This document shows positions 9,356 to 20,147 of a stretch of DNA of 64,000 bases, piece by piece. The notes below the pieces were generated by a model, which saw only the letters and a list, made by a program, of their open reading frames with translations, was not told the DNA's origin and made no database searches. Position numbers and translations under genes: made by a program. The stretch is from an uncultured Pseudomonadota bacterium (GTDB taxonomy: Bacteria > Babelota > Babeliae > Babelales > CAIQNR01): the NCBI GenBank assembly GCA_964570505.1, contig CAZMYL010000001.1, positions 48,093 to 112,092 on the forward strand, written 5' to 3'. The first letter of the stretch is position 1, and every line of letters begins with the position of its first letter.

Positions 9356-9372
9356 AATTAAGAAGGTTTAAA

Positions 9373-9798
9373 ATGGCAGAAATTAAAGCGAAAGTTAAAG
9401 TTCAGCTTTCAGGTGCTGCGGCAACGCCAGCTCCTCCGGTTGGTACAGTTCTCGGGCCTCATGGGGTTAATTTAATGGAGTTTTGTAAGGCTTTTAATGC
9501 GTTAACAGCGCAAAAAAAAGGTCAAACAGTTCCTGCAATAATTACAATTTTTAAAAATAGAACTTTTGAAATTACAATTAAAACTCCTCCTACGACTGAG
9601 CTTATTAGAAATGCTATTAATATCAAAAAGGGATCTGCAAAGCCTGCAAATACTATTGTAGGTAAAATTACTATGCAGCAGATCGAAGAAATCGCAAAAA
9701 TCAAGCTTCCTGATCTTAATGCAGTTGATATTGAGGGTGCTAAGAAGATTATTGCGGGAAGTGCTCGTAGTATGGGCGTTGAAGTTGTAAATGGTTAG
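9373..9798 (+). CDS. rplK: 50S ribosomal protein L11
   Basis: PAPPVGTVLGPHGVNLMEFCKAFN signature; synteny. Confidence 0.97.
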   Translation: MAEIKAKVKVQLSGAAATPAPPVGTVLGPHGVNLMEFCKAFNALTAQKKGQTVPAIITIFKNRTFEITIKTPPTTELIRNAINIKKGSAKPANTIVGKITMQQIEEIAKIKLPDLNAVDIEGAKKIIAGSARSMGVEVVNG

Positions 9799-9823
9799 TC
9801 AGGCTTTGTGAGGGATGCAAGGT

Positions 9824-10516
9824 ATGGAACGAGGTAAGAAATACAAAAATGCAGCACAGGGTCATGTGAAGGGCGAGCTTTTTACTCTTGAAGATGCTAT
9901 TAAGCGAATTAAAGAAAAAGCGTATGCAAAATTTGATGAAAGTGTTGACGTAGATGTTAATGTTGGCATCGATCCTTCAAAGGGTGATCAAGTGGTGCGT
10001 GGTTCAGTTATGTTACCACATGGAAACGGTCGCAAAGTTAGAGTGATCGTTTTTGCGCGTGGTCAATATGCTGAGGCAGCAAGTGCGGCAGGTGCTGATG
10101 TGGTTGGGCTTGAAGATCTTATTGATAGAATCAATGGTGGATGGCTTGATTTTGAATATGCTGTTGCAACTCCTGATGTTATGGGAACTGTAGGACAATT
10201 AGCGAAATTACTTGGTCCTCGAGGGTTACTTCCTAATAAAAAAGTTGGGACAGTGACATTTGATGTTGCTCATATTGTTAAGGAGTTAAAAAGTGGAAGA
10301 ACCTTCTTTAAGAATGATAAAAATGCAGTAGTGCATTTTACGCTTGGAAGGGTGTCTTTTGATAAAGATAAGTTAGCTGATAATGTTCGTGCTTTTGTTA
10401 AGGCATTGGTAACTTCTAAGCCAGCTTCTTCAAAAGGTAGGTTTATTAAAAAAATAACACTCTCTTCAACTATGGGTTTAGGGACTAGTGTTCACATTGA
10501 AGAATTGATCAAGTAA
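9824..10516 (+). CDS. rplA: 50S ribosomal protein L1
   Basis: MERGKKYKNA start typical of L1, plus RGSVMLPHGNGRKVRVIVFA. GAGGG lies 9 nt before ATG 9824; the track start at 9815 is an alternative. Confidence 0.96.
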   Translation: MERGKKYKNAAQGHVKGELFTLEDAIKRIKEKAYAKFDESVDVDVNVGIDPSKGDQVVRGSVMLPHGNGRKVRVIVFARGQYAEAASAAGADVVGLEDLIDRINGGWLDFEYAVATPDVMGTVGQLAKLLGPRGLLPNKKVGTVTFDVAHIVKELKSGRTFFKNDKNAVVHFTLGRVSFDKDKLADNVRAFVKALVTSKPASSKGRFIKKITLSSTMGLGTSVHIEELIK

Positions 10517-10525
10517 GGTGGCCGC

Positions 10526-11050
10526 ATGAATCGATTAGGAAAAGAAGCTATAGTTGCTTCGTTAAAATCAGATTTTTCTCATAGTGAAGCAGCCTTTCTT
10601 GTTGGTGTAAAAGGTTTAACTGTTGAGCAGTTTAGCCAATTACGTAAGAAATTGCGTGAACAGGATGCGCGTTTGCAAGTTGCAAAGGTTCGTTTAATGA
10701 AACGAGCTCTTCATGATTTTTCTCAATTAACAGATTTACAGCCATATTTGAATGATCAAATAGGGCTTGTTTTTGCAAAAAAAGAAATGACTGTTGTAGC
10801 TAAAATTCTTTGCGATTTTTCAAATGATGTTGAAAAGTTAAGAATTGTTGCGGGAAGTATGAATTCTGGCGTTCTTAATGAGCATTCAGTAAGAACAATT
10901 GCATCTCTTCCGTCTCGTGAAGTTTTACTTTCTCAGGTGGCAAGAGGGTTGCAAGCTCCAACGGCAAATTTTGTTGGTGTTTTACATCAATTAATTGCGC
11001 GACTTTTATATGTTTTAAAGCAAATAGAAGAAAAGAAACAAAACGTTTAA
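10526..11050 (+). CDS. rplJ: 50S ribosomal protein L10
   Basis: Position between rplA and rplL. KEAIVASLKSDFSHSEAAFLVGVKGLTVEQ is typical of the L10 N-terminus. Confidence 0.95.
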   Translation: MNRLGKEAIVASLKSDFSHSEAAFLVGVKGLTVEQFSQLRKKLREQDARLQVAKVRLMKRALHDFSQLTDLQPYLNDQIGLVFAKKEMTVVAKILCDFSNDVEKLRIVAGSMNSGVLNEHSVRTIASLPSREVLLSQVARGLQAPTANFVGVLHQLIARLLYVLKQIEEKKQNV

Positions 11051-11095
11051 AAATTACGATAAGTATTAATTAATTAAATATTCAGGAGTATATCC

Positions 11096-11488
11096 ATGTC
11101 TAATAAATCATATGAAAAAATAATTGACCAAATTGGTGAAATGACAGTTTTAGAACTTGCAGAAATGGTTAAAGCATTAGAAGAAAAATTTGGTGTTTCA
11201 GCTGCTCCTGTAGCAGTTGCAGGTGCGGTTGCATCAACAAGCGCTGCAGCTCCTGCTAAAGCAGAAGAAAAATCTGAATATAAAGTGACTTTAAAATCAG
11301 TTAAAGATGCTGGTAATCAAATCAATGTAATTAAAGCTCTTCGTCAAGTAACAACTCTTGGAATTGCAGAAGCTAAAAAAGCTGTTGTAGAAGCTCCAAC
11401 TGTTTTAGCAGAATCAGCGTCTAAAGATGATGCAAAGAAGATGAAAGAAACATTGGAAGCAGCAGGGGCAGAGATAGAGCTTTCTTAA
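11096..11488 (+). CDS. rplL: 50S ribosomal protein L7/L12
   Basis: TVLELAEMVKALEEKFGVSA, an Ala-rich hinge, and a C-terminal GIAEAKKAVVEAP domain. RBS CAGGAG. Confidence 0.97.
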   Translation: MSNKSYEKIIDQIGEMTVLELAEMVKALEEKFGVSAAPVAVAGAVASTSAAAPAKAEEKSEYKVTLKSVKDAGNQINVIKALRQVTTLGIAEAKKAVVEAPTVLAESASKDDAKKMKETLEAAGAEIELS

Positions 11489-11555
11489 GCGTTTTCCTTG
11501 TAATGAAGCGCGTCGTTTTTGGGTGTACGTACCGTTTTGTATAAGGAGCGGCTGA

Positions 11556-14500
11556 ATGAGTAATATGCAGGTGGGTGCCATCAATACGATTAGAAAATCG
11601 TTTGGTGATTTGAAGGATATTGTTCCTGTTCCCAATTTGATTGAAATTCAATCAAAATCTTTTAATGATTTTGTGCAATTAGATTATTTGCCTTCTGAGC
11701 GTCAGCAAATAGGGCTTGAAAAAGTTCTGAAAGATATTTTCCCTGTTGATTATAATGAGAAAATATCTTTGGAGTATGTTAGTTATGAATTAGGGAACTG
11801 GGCATGTACGTGTGGCAAGCTTAAGGGAATAGAAAGTCGTTATAGTTGGTATTGTCCTATAACTAAAAAGTCTGGCGTTTCTTCTATAGGCAAAGGGAGT
11901 TCTGCTCCTAAAACTGCACGTTATAAAACATGTTCTTCATGCTTATCTCGTGTTACTATTCAATTGCCCATGAGTGCTGACGAAAGTCGTGTAAATGGGC
12001 AAACATTTTCTATGCCATTAAAAATCAAGGTTCAATTGGTTTGCTGGGATGTTGAAGGTGATAAAAAAGTTGTTCGAGACATTAAAGAACAAGATATTTT
12101 CTTTGCAGATATTCCTGTTATGAGTGATTTGCATGAAAAAAATGGTAGATTGCTTTTAGGTACTGATGGAACATTTTTAATTAATGGAATCGATAGAGTT
12201 GTTGTAAGCCAGCTCCATAGGTCTCCTGGGGTAGTTTTTGCTCAAAGTAAAAAAGTAAAAGATTCTCGTGGTAGGCCGTATTATTCTGCAAGAATAATAC
12301 CAATGCGCGGTTCTTGGATAGATTTTGAATTTGATAGTAGTGATCATCTTTATGTTCGTGTTGACAAGAAAAAGAAAATTCTTGTAACTACTTTTTTGCA
12401 GGCTCTAGGTGTCTCTAGAGATCAGATGATTTCTCAGTTTTATAATTCTCAAAAAATTTATGTTGATGGACAAAAATTTTACAGTGATATAAATAGCATG
12501 TTGCTTGGTCTTCGTATAGAAAGAGGTATGATACTTCCAAAATATGAAGATGTTCTTTTAGGTAAAAGAATAACAACAGATATATTGTCGCAGTGTAAAA
12601 AATTAAATATTACAAGATTGTCTTTTGTGAAAGATAATCTTATTAATAGAGTTTTTTCACAAGATGTTATGGATCAAAAAACTGGTGAAATTCTTGCATT
12701 ACAAGGTCAAACTTTGACTGAAGAATTGTATATGGATCTTATTGATCGAGACGGTTTATCATTTAATTTGGTTACTTCTTCTGGTTATGTTTTTCAGCCA
12801 ACTTTAGCAACTACGTTATTGCAAGATCATTGTCATACTCAAGATGAGGCTTTGAAAGAACTTCATTCAAAAATATGGCCTGGAGATAATTCTTTAATAG
12901 AAGAAATTAAAGAACGTCTTGAAAATTTATTATTTAATCCTCGTTTTTATGATTTAACATCTGTTGGGCGTATTAGGATTAATAGAAAATTAGGTCTTTC
13001 AGTTTCTGAAGAGCAAAAAGCGCTTACGCGTGAAGATATTGTTGCAACAGTAAAATATTTGCTTGGTTTGCGTGAGCGTGCTGAGGGGGAACTAGATGAT
13101 ATTGATCATTTAGGAAATAGAAGAGTTCGTCTTGTTGGTGAGTTGTTAAGTAATCAAGTTTATTTAGGCTTTTTAAGGATTGAACGTATAATACGTGAAC
13201 GTTTTAGAATGCAAGAAGCTCATGCAACATTAATGCCTCAAGATCTTCTTAATGTAAAGCCTCTTGGTGCTGTTTTGCGAGAATTTTTTGGAACAGGTCA
13301 ATTGTCCCAATTTATGGATCAGACAAACCCGCTTGCAGAAATTGCTCATAAAAGAAGATTGTCAGCTCTCGGGCCTGGCGGTGTTATGAAAGATCGTGCT
13401 ACATATGAAGTTCGTGACGTTCATACTTCTCACTATGGTCGTATATGTCCTATTGAAACACCAGAAGGTCAAACAGTTGGTTTGATTTCTTCATTGTCTT
13501 CTTATGCAATGGTAAACGATTTAGGTTTTATAGAAACAGCTTATAGACCAGTAAAAGATGGTAAAATTGAAGATAAAGTAGTCTTTTTAGATGCTTTTTC
13601 TGAAAATAATCATTATATAGCGCAAGCTGACGCTGTACATCCTGGTGCTAAAAAAATAGAAACAAAAACAGTTGTTGCTCGACATGCTACAGATTTTACT
13701 GTTGTTTCTACTGATGTTGTTGATTATATCGATCTTTCGCCAAAACAGCTTGTTTCTGTTTCAGCAGCATTGATTCCGTTCCTTGAACATGACGACGCAT
13801 CTCGTGCGCTTATGGGTGCAAATATGCAACGTCAAGCGGTTCCTTTGATTAAAACAGAAGCTCCTTTGATTGGTACTGGTATGGAGCGAGAAATTGCAAA
13901 ATCATCCAATGCTTCTGTAGCAGCTAGAAGATCAGGTATCGTTGAATATGTTTCCGCAGATAAAGTAGTTATTCGTTCTGACGAATCTGAATTTGATTCA
14001 GTAGAAGATTGGGCATCTCAAGGTATTGATGTATATCATTTAAAAAAATTCCAAAAATCTACTATGAGTACGTGGGTTCATCATACTCCAATTGTAAAAC
14101 AAGGGCAGCGTGTTAAAGCAGGTGATGTTCTTACTAATGGCTCTGCTATGGATAATGGAGAGCTTGCGCTAGGTGCAAACATCTTAGTTGCTTTTATGCC
14201 ATGGCATGGATACAACTTCGAGGATGCTATTGTTTTAAGTAAGCGTCTTGTAACAGATGATGTTTTCACTTCTGTAGCAATTGATGAGTATGTTGTTGAT
14301 GCTCGAGATACAAAACTTGGACCTGAAGATATTACTCGTGATATTCCTAATGCAAGTGAACATGCATTATCGGCTCTTGATGAGGATGGGATTATTAAAG
14401 TTGGATCACGTGTTAAACCGGGTGATATTCTTGTTGGTAAAGTTACCTTAAAAGGTGATGTGCAATATTCTCCAGAGGAAAAATTATTACGAGCGATTTT

Positions 14501-15869
14501 TGGTGAAAAATCAAGAGAAGTTCGTGATACGTCGTTACGAGTTCCACCTGGGGTTGAAGGCATGGTGACTGATGTTAAAATTTTCTCTCGAAGCGGTATT
14601 CGCAAAGATAAGCGTTATAAAGAAGAAGTTTTAAAACAGATTCAAAAATTAGAAACTGATTTTGCTCAACATTCTTTGTTTTTAAAACGTATGATGTTGG
14701 AAAAAATAGTTGCTTTATTGGATGGACAAAAACCATCTCAAAAAGATGCGTCTGAATTTATCACTAAAGGCGTTTTTGATGCGGCTAAAATTCTTCAGCA
14801 TGATATAGAAGCGGTTCTTGCGCTTCGTCCTTCTGATAAAAAAAATGCAGAAGAAATTGAGCATTTAGTAACAACTCTTCAAACACAGTTACATGTTCTT
14901 GAGGGATTGCGCGAAGAAAAAATCAATAAATTTAAAAAAGGTGATTCGCTTCCTTCTGGCGTTATTAAAATGGTAAAAGTCTATATTGCTGCTAAGCGTA
15001 GTGTGCAAGTAGGTGATAAAATTGCTGGTAGACATGGTAACAAAGGTGTTGTTTCTACAATAGTTCCCCGTGAAGATATGCCATATATGGAAGATGGAAC
15101 GCCTGTTGATATTGTATTAAATCCAATTGGTGTGCCTGCTCGTATGAACGTAGGGCAAATTTTAGAAACAATTCTTGGTTTTGCTGGAAGAAAGATTGGT
15201 AAAAATCTGACTGATCTTTTGAAGAATCAAGGATATAAAGAAGTCAAATCATTTCTTGTAAAATACTTTGAAAAAGATTTTATAGATGCATTTGAAAATA
15301 CACATGGAGAAGAAGGCTTAATGGCTCTTGCTCGTAAAACAGCAAAAGAAGGCTTAAGATTTACAATCCCTGTGTTTGAAGGTCCTCAGTTTGAAAAAGA
15401 TATTAAGCCAATTTTGAAAGATCTTGATATATCTCAAAATGGTTCATATCGCATTAGAGATGGAAGAACTGGTGAGTATTTTGATCAGCCTGTAACTGTT
15501 GGTTCAATTTATATGATGAAATTAAATCATATGGTTGATGATAAATTGCATGCTCGTTCTGTTGGACCATATTCTCTTGTTACGCAACAACCTTTGGGTG
15601 GTAAAGCTCAATTTGGTGGTCAAAGACTTGGTGAAATGGAAGTATGGGCATTGCAAGCACATGGTGCGGCATATGCATTACAAGAAATGTTAACTTATAA
15701 GTCAGATGATATTACTGGTAGACATAAGGTTTATGATGCAATTGTTCATAATGATCAAATTGCTGATCCAGGATTGCCAGAGTCATTTAATGTTTTAATT
15801 AAAGAGTTACAGAGTTTAGGGTTGCAAGTGGATCTATGTAAGATTGGTAAGGAGGAGGCTAATGAATAG
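11556..15869 (+). CDS. rpoB: DNA-directed RNA polymerase subunit beta (with lineage-specific insertions)
   Basis: Collinear with bacterial RpoB throughout (VSQLHRSPGV, GNRRVR, PGGVMKDRA, NMQRQAVP, GRHGNKGV, GGQRLGEMEVWAL). 1437 aa. RBS AAGGAG. Confidence 0.98.
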   Translation: MSNMQVGAINTIRKSFGDLKDIVPVPNLIEIQSKSFNDFVQLDYLPSERQQIGLEKVLKDIFPVDYNEKISLEYVSYELGNWACTCGKLKGIESRYSWYCPITKKSGVSSIGKGSSAPKTARYKTCSSCLSRVTIQLPMSADESRVNGQTFSMPLKIKVQLVCWDVEGDKKVVRDIKEQDIFFADIPVMSDLHEKNGRLLLGTDGTFLINGIDRVVVSQLHRSPGVVFAQSKKVKDSRGRPYYSARIIPMRGSWIDFEFDSSDHLYVRVDKKKKILVTTFLQALGVSRDQMISQFYNSQKIYVDGQKFYSDINSMLLGLRIERGMILPKYEDVLLGKRITTDILSQCKKLNITRLSFVKDNLINRVFSQDVMDQKTGEILALQGQTLTEELYMDLIDRDGLSFNLVTSSGYVFQPTLATTLLQDHCHTQDEALKELHSKIWPGDNSLIEEIKERLENLLFNPRFYDLTSVGRIRINRKLGLSVSEEQKALTREDIVATVKYLLGLRERAEGELDDIDHLGNRRVRLVGELLSNQVYLGFLRIERIIRERFRMQEAHATLMPQDLLNVKPLGAVLREFFGTGQLSQFMDQTNPLAEIAHKRRLSALGPGGVMKDRATYEVRDVHTSHYGRICPIETPEGQTVGLISSLSSYAMVNDLGFIETAYRPVKDGKIEDKVVFLDAFSENNHYIAQADAVHPGAKKIETKTVVARHATDFTVVSTDVVDYIDLSPKQLVSVSAALIPFLEHDDASRALMGANMQRQAVPLIKTEAPLIGTGMEREIAKSSNASVAARRSGIVEYVSADKVVIRSDESEFDSVEDWASQGIDVYHLKKFQKSTMSTWVHHTPIVKQGQRVKAGDVLTNGSAMDNGELALGANILVAFMPWHGYNFEDAIVLSKRLVTDDVFTSVAIDEYVVDARDTKLGPEDITRDIPNASEHALSALDEDGIIKVGSRVKPGDILVGKVTLKGDVQYSPEEKLLRAIFGEKSREVRDTSLRVPPGVEGMVTDVKIFSRSGIRKDKRYKEEVLKQIQKLETDFAQHSLFLKRMMLEKIVALLDGQKPSQKDASEFITKGVFDAAKILQHDIEAVLALRPSDKKNAEEIEHLVTTLQTQLHVLEGLREEKINKFKKGDSLPSGVIKMVKVYIAAKRSVQVGDKIAGRHGNKGVVSTIVPREDMPYMEDGTPVDIVLNPIGVPARMNVGQILETILGFAGRKIGKNLTDLLKNQGYKEVKSFLVKYFEKDFIDAFENTHGEEGLMALARKTAKEGLRFTIPVFEGPQFEKDIKPILKDLDISQNGSYRIRDGRTGEYFDQPVTVGSIYMMKLNHMVDDKLHARSVGPYSLVTQQPLGGKAQFGGQRLGEMEVWALQAHGAAYALQEMLTYKSDDITGRHKVYDAIVHNDQIADPGLPESFNVLIKELQSLGLQVDLCKIGKEEANE

Positions 15870-18800
15870 TCAAATACTCCAAAGATTTAGGGAGTACATA
15901 AACGTAACTCAGTTTAATGCATTACGTATTAGTTTGGCTTCCCCAGATAAAGTTAAAGCTTTGTCATATGGTGAAGTTAAGAAAATAGAAACTATTAACT
16001 ATCGTACGCTTAAACCTGAAAAAGATGGATTGTTTTGCGCAAGAATTTTTGGTCCTGTAAAAGACTGGGAATGTAATTGTGGAAAATATAAACGAATGAA
16101 ACACCGTGGTGTTACTTGTGAAAAATGCGGGGTTGAAGTAATTCAATCTCGCGTTAGAAGAGAACGTATGGGGCATATAGAGTTAGTAGCTCCTGTTTGC
16201 CACATTTGGTATCTCAAAGGCATCCCAAGTTATCTGAGTTTAGTTTTAGATTTTTCGGTTAAAGATCTTGAACGAGTTGTTTATTTTGATACTTCTATTG
16301 TTCTTAATCAAGGAAATTCACCATATCCAATAAAAACACTTATTTCTGCATCAGAAAGTGAAGCTTATATGGAAGCTCACCCTGAAGATTTGCTTTTTAA
16401 AATAGGCAGTGGTGCAGAAGCTGTAAAAGAATTATTAACAAGTATTAATTTGCAAGAAGAAATAGCCCGTTTAAAAGAAGAATACAAACGTACCAATTCT
16501 GTAGCTGTTCGTCATAAATTAATTCGAAGAATTAAAATATTCACTAATATAGCTCAATCACACCTTCGTCCTGAGTGGATGGTGATGTCAGTACTTCCTG
16601 TATTGCCTCCTGATCTAAGGCCTTTGGTCCCATTACCAGAAGGTGGTCGATTTGCAAGTTCTGATTTAAATGAATTGTATAGACGTGTTTTAAATAGAAA
16701 TATTCGTCTACGTCGTTTATATGAAATTGAAGCTCCTGAAGTTATTATTAAAAATGAAAAGCGTATGTTACAGGAATCTGTAGATGCTTTAATTGATAAT
16801 GGTCGTAGAGGGCAGCCTGTGCGTGGATCTAATAAACGTCCACTTAAATCTTTAAGTGAAATGTTAAGAGGGAAACAAGGTCGTTTCCGTCAAAATTTAT
16901 TAGGTAAACGTGTTGACTATTCAGGTCGATCTGTAATTGTTGTTGATCCTGAATTGAAACTTGATCAATGTGGATTGCCAAAGAAAATGGCTCTTGAATT
17001 GTTTAAATCTTATATTTATGCAGGGCTTCTTGAACGAGAAATTGCTCCTAATTTAAGGGTTGCAAAAAAGATGGTAGAAGAAAGTCATAATGATGTTTGG
17101 GATGTTTTAGAAGACATCGTAAGCAAACGTCCTGTGCTTTTAAACCGTGCGCCAACATTGCATAGATTGGGTATTCAAGCATTTCATCCAATTCTTGTTG
17201 ATGGTAAAGCTATTAAAATTCATCCATTGGTTTGTGCTGCGTTTAACGCTGACTTCGATGGTGACCAGATGGCAGTTCATTTGCCATTAAGTGATAAAGC
17301 TTGTAAAGAATCTGAAGAATTAATGCTTTCTACTCGAAATGTTTTGTCTCCTTCAAATGGGCATCCTGTTACAGTTCCTTCGCAAGATATGATTCTTGGG
17401 TTGCATTATATGACAAAAGTTAGATGCAATTTAAAAGGTGAAGGTACTATTTTTTCTAATATTGATGAAGTGGTAACAGCATTTCAATGTGAACAAGTAG
17501 AATTGCACACTCGTATTAAAGTAAGATTGAATTCTGGTGCAGTTGTTGATACTGCTGTTGGACGTGTTTTATTACATCAAGCGTTGCCAGAAGGTTCTGA
17601 TTTTGAGTGGACTAATAAGATTGTTCAAAAAAATGATTTAAAGAAAATCATTAGAGTTATTTATGCTAAATTTGGACAAGAAAAAACTGTTGTTTCTTTA
17701 GATAAAATTAAAAAACTTGGTTTTTATTATTCAACACAAAGTGGTGCTTCGTTTTGTATAGATGATCTTTTATCTCCTGATTCAAAAGATAGTATTTTGA
17801 AGAATGCTGAAAAAGAAGTTGTTAAAGTTGAAAAGCTTTATCAAGATGGTGTTATCACCGATGGTGAGCGTAAAAATAAAGTTATTAGTACATGGTTCCA
17901 AGCTACAGCTGAAATATCAAATGATATGTTACGTGGATTTGAAGAGCAAGATCATCTTGCATTTAAAAATGAAGACAAAGCTCTTCATCCATTTAATTCA
18001 GTATATATGTTCTTGGTTTCAGGAGCTAAAGGTTCAAAAGAGCAAATTAAACAGCTTGTTGGTATGCGTGGATTGATGGGTAAGCCATCAGGTGAAATTA
18101 TAGAAACGCCAGTTAAAGCAAATTTTAAAGATGGATTAAGTGTATTTGAATACTTTATTTCTACTCACGGTGCTCGTAAAGGGCAAGCTGATACAGCTTT
18201 AAAAACCGCAAATTCTGGTTACTTAACACGACGTTTAGTTGATGTTGCTCAAGATGTGGTTGTATCTATGAAAGATTGCCAATCTATGGGTTATAGAACT
18301 GTTACTGATTTGCGTGAAGGTGGCGATGTTATTTATCCATTAAGCGCAAGAGTTTATGGTAGAGTTGCTGCAACAGATGTTAAAGATCCTGTAACAGGTG
18401 AGTTGTTTGCAAAGCAAGGTGAAGTTATTAGTCGAGAAATTTCAGAAAAAATAGAGCAATCAGCTGTTTCTGAAATTGATGTTCGTTCTGTACTTGCTTG
18501 TCAAGCAAAACGTGGTGTATGTGCTCAATGTTATGGTTATGATTTAGCTCGTTGCGAAATTGTAGATGTTGGTGTGACTGCAGGTATTATTGCAGCACAG
18601 TCGATTGGTGAGCCTGGTACACAGCTTACTATGAGAACCTTCCACGTAGGGGGTACTGCAAGTGGTGAGGCTACTCAGTCAGCATTTTATGCAAAGCATG
18701 ATGGTATTGTAGAATTCCGTGGCGTGAGAAGCATTCTTACACGTGATAATAAAAATATTGTATTAAGTCGTAAAGCAGAGCTTATTTTAAGATCTGATGA

Positions 18801-19992
18801 TGGACGTGAAATGCAACACAATATTATTGATTACGGTTCTATTTTACTTGTTGAGCAAGGGCAGAAAGTAAATAAAGGTGATAAACTTGTTGAATGGGAT
18901 ATTAATGCATCTGTTATTTTAACAGAAAAAGAAGGTACAATTCAGTACGTTGATCTTATTAATAATATTACTATTCAAGAAGAATATAACGAAAACTCTC
19001 AATCTACAGCTAAAATTGTTCTTGAACATAAGAGTGATAAGTATCAACCAGGGTTTATTATTCTTGATAAACAAGGTAATGAAGTTGCTCATTATTATTT
19101 ACCTTCAGGAGCGTATGTTTCTGTTGCAGATGGTGTTGAAGTAAAAGCTGGTGATGCAATTGCTCGTATGCCTCGTGAAACATCAAAATCTAAAGATATT
19201 ACTGTTGGTGGTTTGCCTCGAATTGCAGAATTATTTGAAGCAAGAGCTCCAAAAGAAGCAGCAATTTTATCAGATTCTGATGGCGTAGTTTCCTTTGGTG
19301 GATTGTATAGAGGTATGCGTAAATTAGTTGTTACTTCTGATACAGGTGTTGTTCATGAATATCTTGTTCCTCGCGGTAAGCAAATCAATGTTCAAGAAGG
19401 CGATATAATTAGTGCTGGTGATCATTTGACATCTGGGGAACCTGTTCTCCATGATTTATTGCGCATTTTAGGAGCGGATCACTTGCAGCATTATATTGTT
19501 GACCATATTCAACAAATTTTTAAATTACAAAATGTTGATATTAGTGATGGGCATATTGAAATTATTGTGCGTCAAATGATGCGTAAGGTTCGAGTAACTG
19601 ATCCAGGTGATACTGATTTCTTAATAGGTGATCGTGTTGATAAGATTCATTTTAAACAGGTGAATCAAGCTATACGAGAACAGGGTAAAAAAGTTGCAAC
19701 AGCAACTCCTATATTAATGGGTATTACTACTGCATCGTTAAGTACAGAAAGTGTTATTTCTGCTGCATCTTTCCAAGAAACAACACGTATTTTGACGGAA
19801 GCTGCTATTTCTGGGAAAATAGATAATCTCTATGGTCTTAAAGAAAATCTAACTATTGGAAAACTTATTCCAGCAGGAACGGGGATTTCATCATTTAGAA
19901 AGAAATATTTAGGTGATGATATTTCTGATTTAGAACGTAGAGCTCGTGAAGAAGAAAAAAAAATGCGAGAAAATTCGTTTTTTCGCATGTAA
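15862..19992 (+). CDS. rpoC: DNA-directed RNA polymerase subunit beta-prime
   Basis: Zn finger CNCGKYKRMKHRGVTCEKCGVEV and catalytic NADFDGDQMAVH. I use ATG 15862 (AAGGAGGAGG upstream, 8-nt overlap with the rpoB stop) rather than the track start at 15844. Confidence 0.98.
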   Translation: MNSQILQRFREYINVTQFNALRISLASPDKVKALSYGEVKKIETINYRTLKPEKDGLFCARIFGPVKDWECNCGKYKRMKHRGVTCEKCGVEVIQSRVRRERMGHIELVAPVCHIWYLKGIPSYLSLVLDFSVKDLERVVYFDTSIVLNQGNSPYPIKTLISASESEAYMEAHPEDLLFKIGSGAEAVKELLTSINLQEEIARLKEEYKRTNSVAVRHKLIRRIKIFTNIAQSHLRPEWMVMSVLPVLPPDLRPLVPLPEGGRFASSDLNELYRRVLNRNIRLRRLYEIEAPEVIIKNEKRMLQESVDALIDNGRRGQPVRGSNKRPLKSLSEMLRGKQGRFRQNLLGKRVDYSGRSVIVVDPELKLDQCGLPKKMALELFKSYIYAGLLEREIAPNLRVAKKMVEESHNDVWDVLEDIVSKRPVLLNRAPTLHRLGIQAFHPILVDGKAIKIHPLVCAAFNADFDGDQMAVHLPLSDKACKESEELMLSTRNVLSPSNGHPVTVPSQDMILGLHYMTKVRCNLKGEGTIFSNIDEVVTAFQCEQVELHTRIKVRLNSGAVVDTAVGRVLLHQALPEGSDFEWTNKIVQKNDLKKIIRVIYAKFGQEKTVVSLDKIKKLGFYYSTQSGASFCIDDLLSPDSKDSILKNAEKEVVKVEKLYQDGVITDGERKNKVISTWFQATAEISNDMLRGFEEQDHLAFKNEDKALHPFNSVYMFLVSGAKGSKEQIKQLVGMRGLMGKPSGEIIETPVKANFKDGLSVFEYFISTHGARKGQADTALKTANSGYLTRRLVDVAQDVVVSMKDCQSMGYRTVTDLREGGDVIYPLSARVYGRVAATDVKDPVTGELFAKQGEVISREISEKIEQSAVSEIDVRSVLACQAKRGVCAQCYGYDLARCEIVDVGVTAGIIAAQSIGEPGTQLTMRTFHVGGTASGEATQSAFYAKHDGIVEFRGVRSILTRDNKNIVLSRKAELILRSDDGREMQHNIIDYGSILLVEQGQKVNKGDKLVEWDINASVILTEKEGTIQYVDLINNITIQEEYNENSQSTAKIVLEHKSDKYQPGFIILDKQGNEVAHYYLPSGAYVSVADGVEVKAGDAIARMPRETSKSKDITVGGLPRIAELFEARAPKEAAILSDSDGVVSFGGLYRGMRKLVVTSDTGVVHEYLVPRGKQINVQEGDIISAGDHLTSGEPVLHDLLRILGADHLQHYIVDHIQQIFKLQNVDISDGHIEIIVRQMMRKVRVTDPGDTDFLIGDRVDKIHFKQVNQAIREQGKKVATATPILMGITTASLSTESVISAASFQETTRILTEAAISGKIDNLYGLKENLTIGKLIPAGTGISSFRKKYLGDDISDLERRAREEEKKMRENSFFRM

Positions 19993-20018
19993 TTTGAAAT
20001 TAGTTAAATAATAGTGTG

Positions 20019-20093
20019 AGGCGCGTAGCTCAGTGGTAGAGCACTGCTTTGACGTAGCAGGGGTCAGCGGTTCAATCCCGCTCGCGCCTACCA
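20019..20093 (+). tRNA. tRNA-Val (anticodon GAC), CCA encoded
   Basis: Acceptor AGGCGCG/CGCGCCT, anticodon stem CTGCT/AGCAG with loop TTGACGT, T-loop TTCAATC. Confidence 0.9.
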
Positions 20094-20147
20094 CATAGAT
20101 GGAATATTGATTTAAGTATTAATTTTTAGGTAAAGATTGAGATTTTT

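Noticed and set aside
14081-14605. 174-aa ORF on the minus strand inside rpoB
   Set aside because: It lies entirely antisense to a strongly conserved RpoB segment. The Ser/Thr/Pro/Arg-rich translation is typical of a shadow frame, and there is no RBS.
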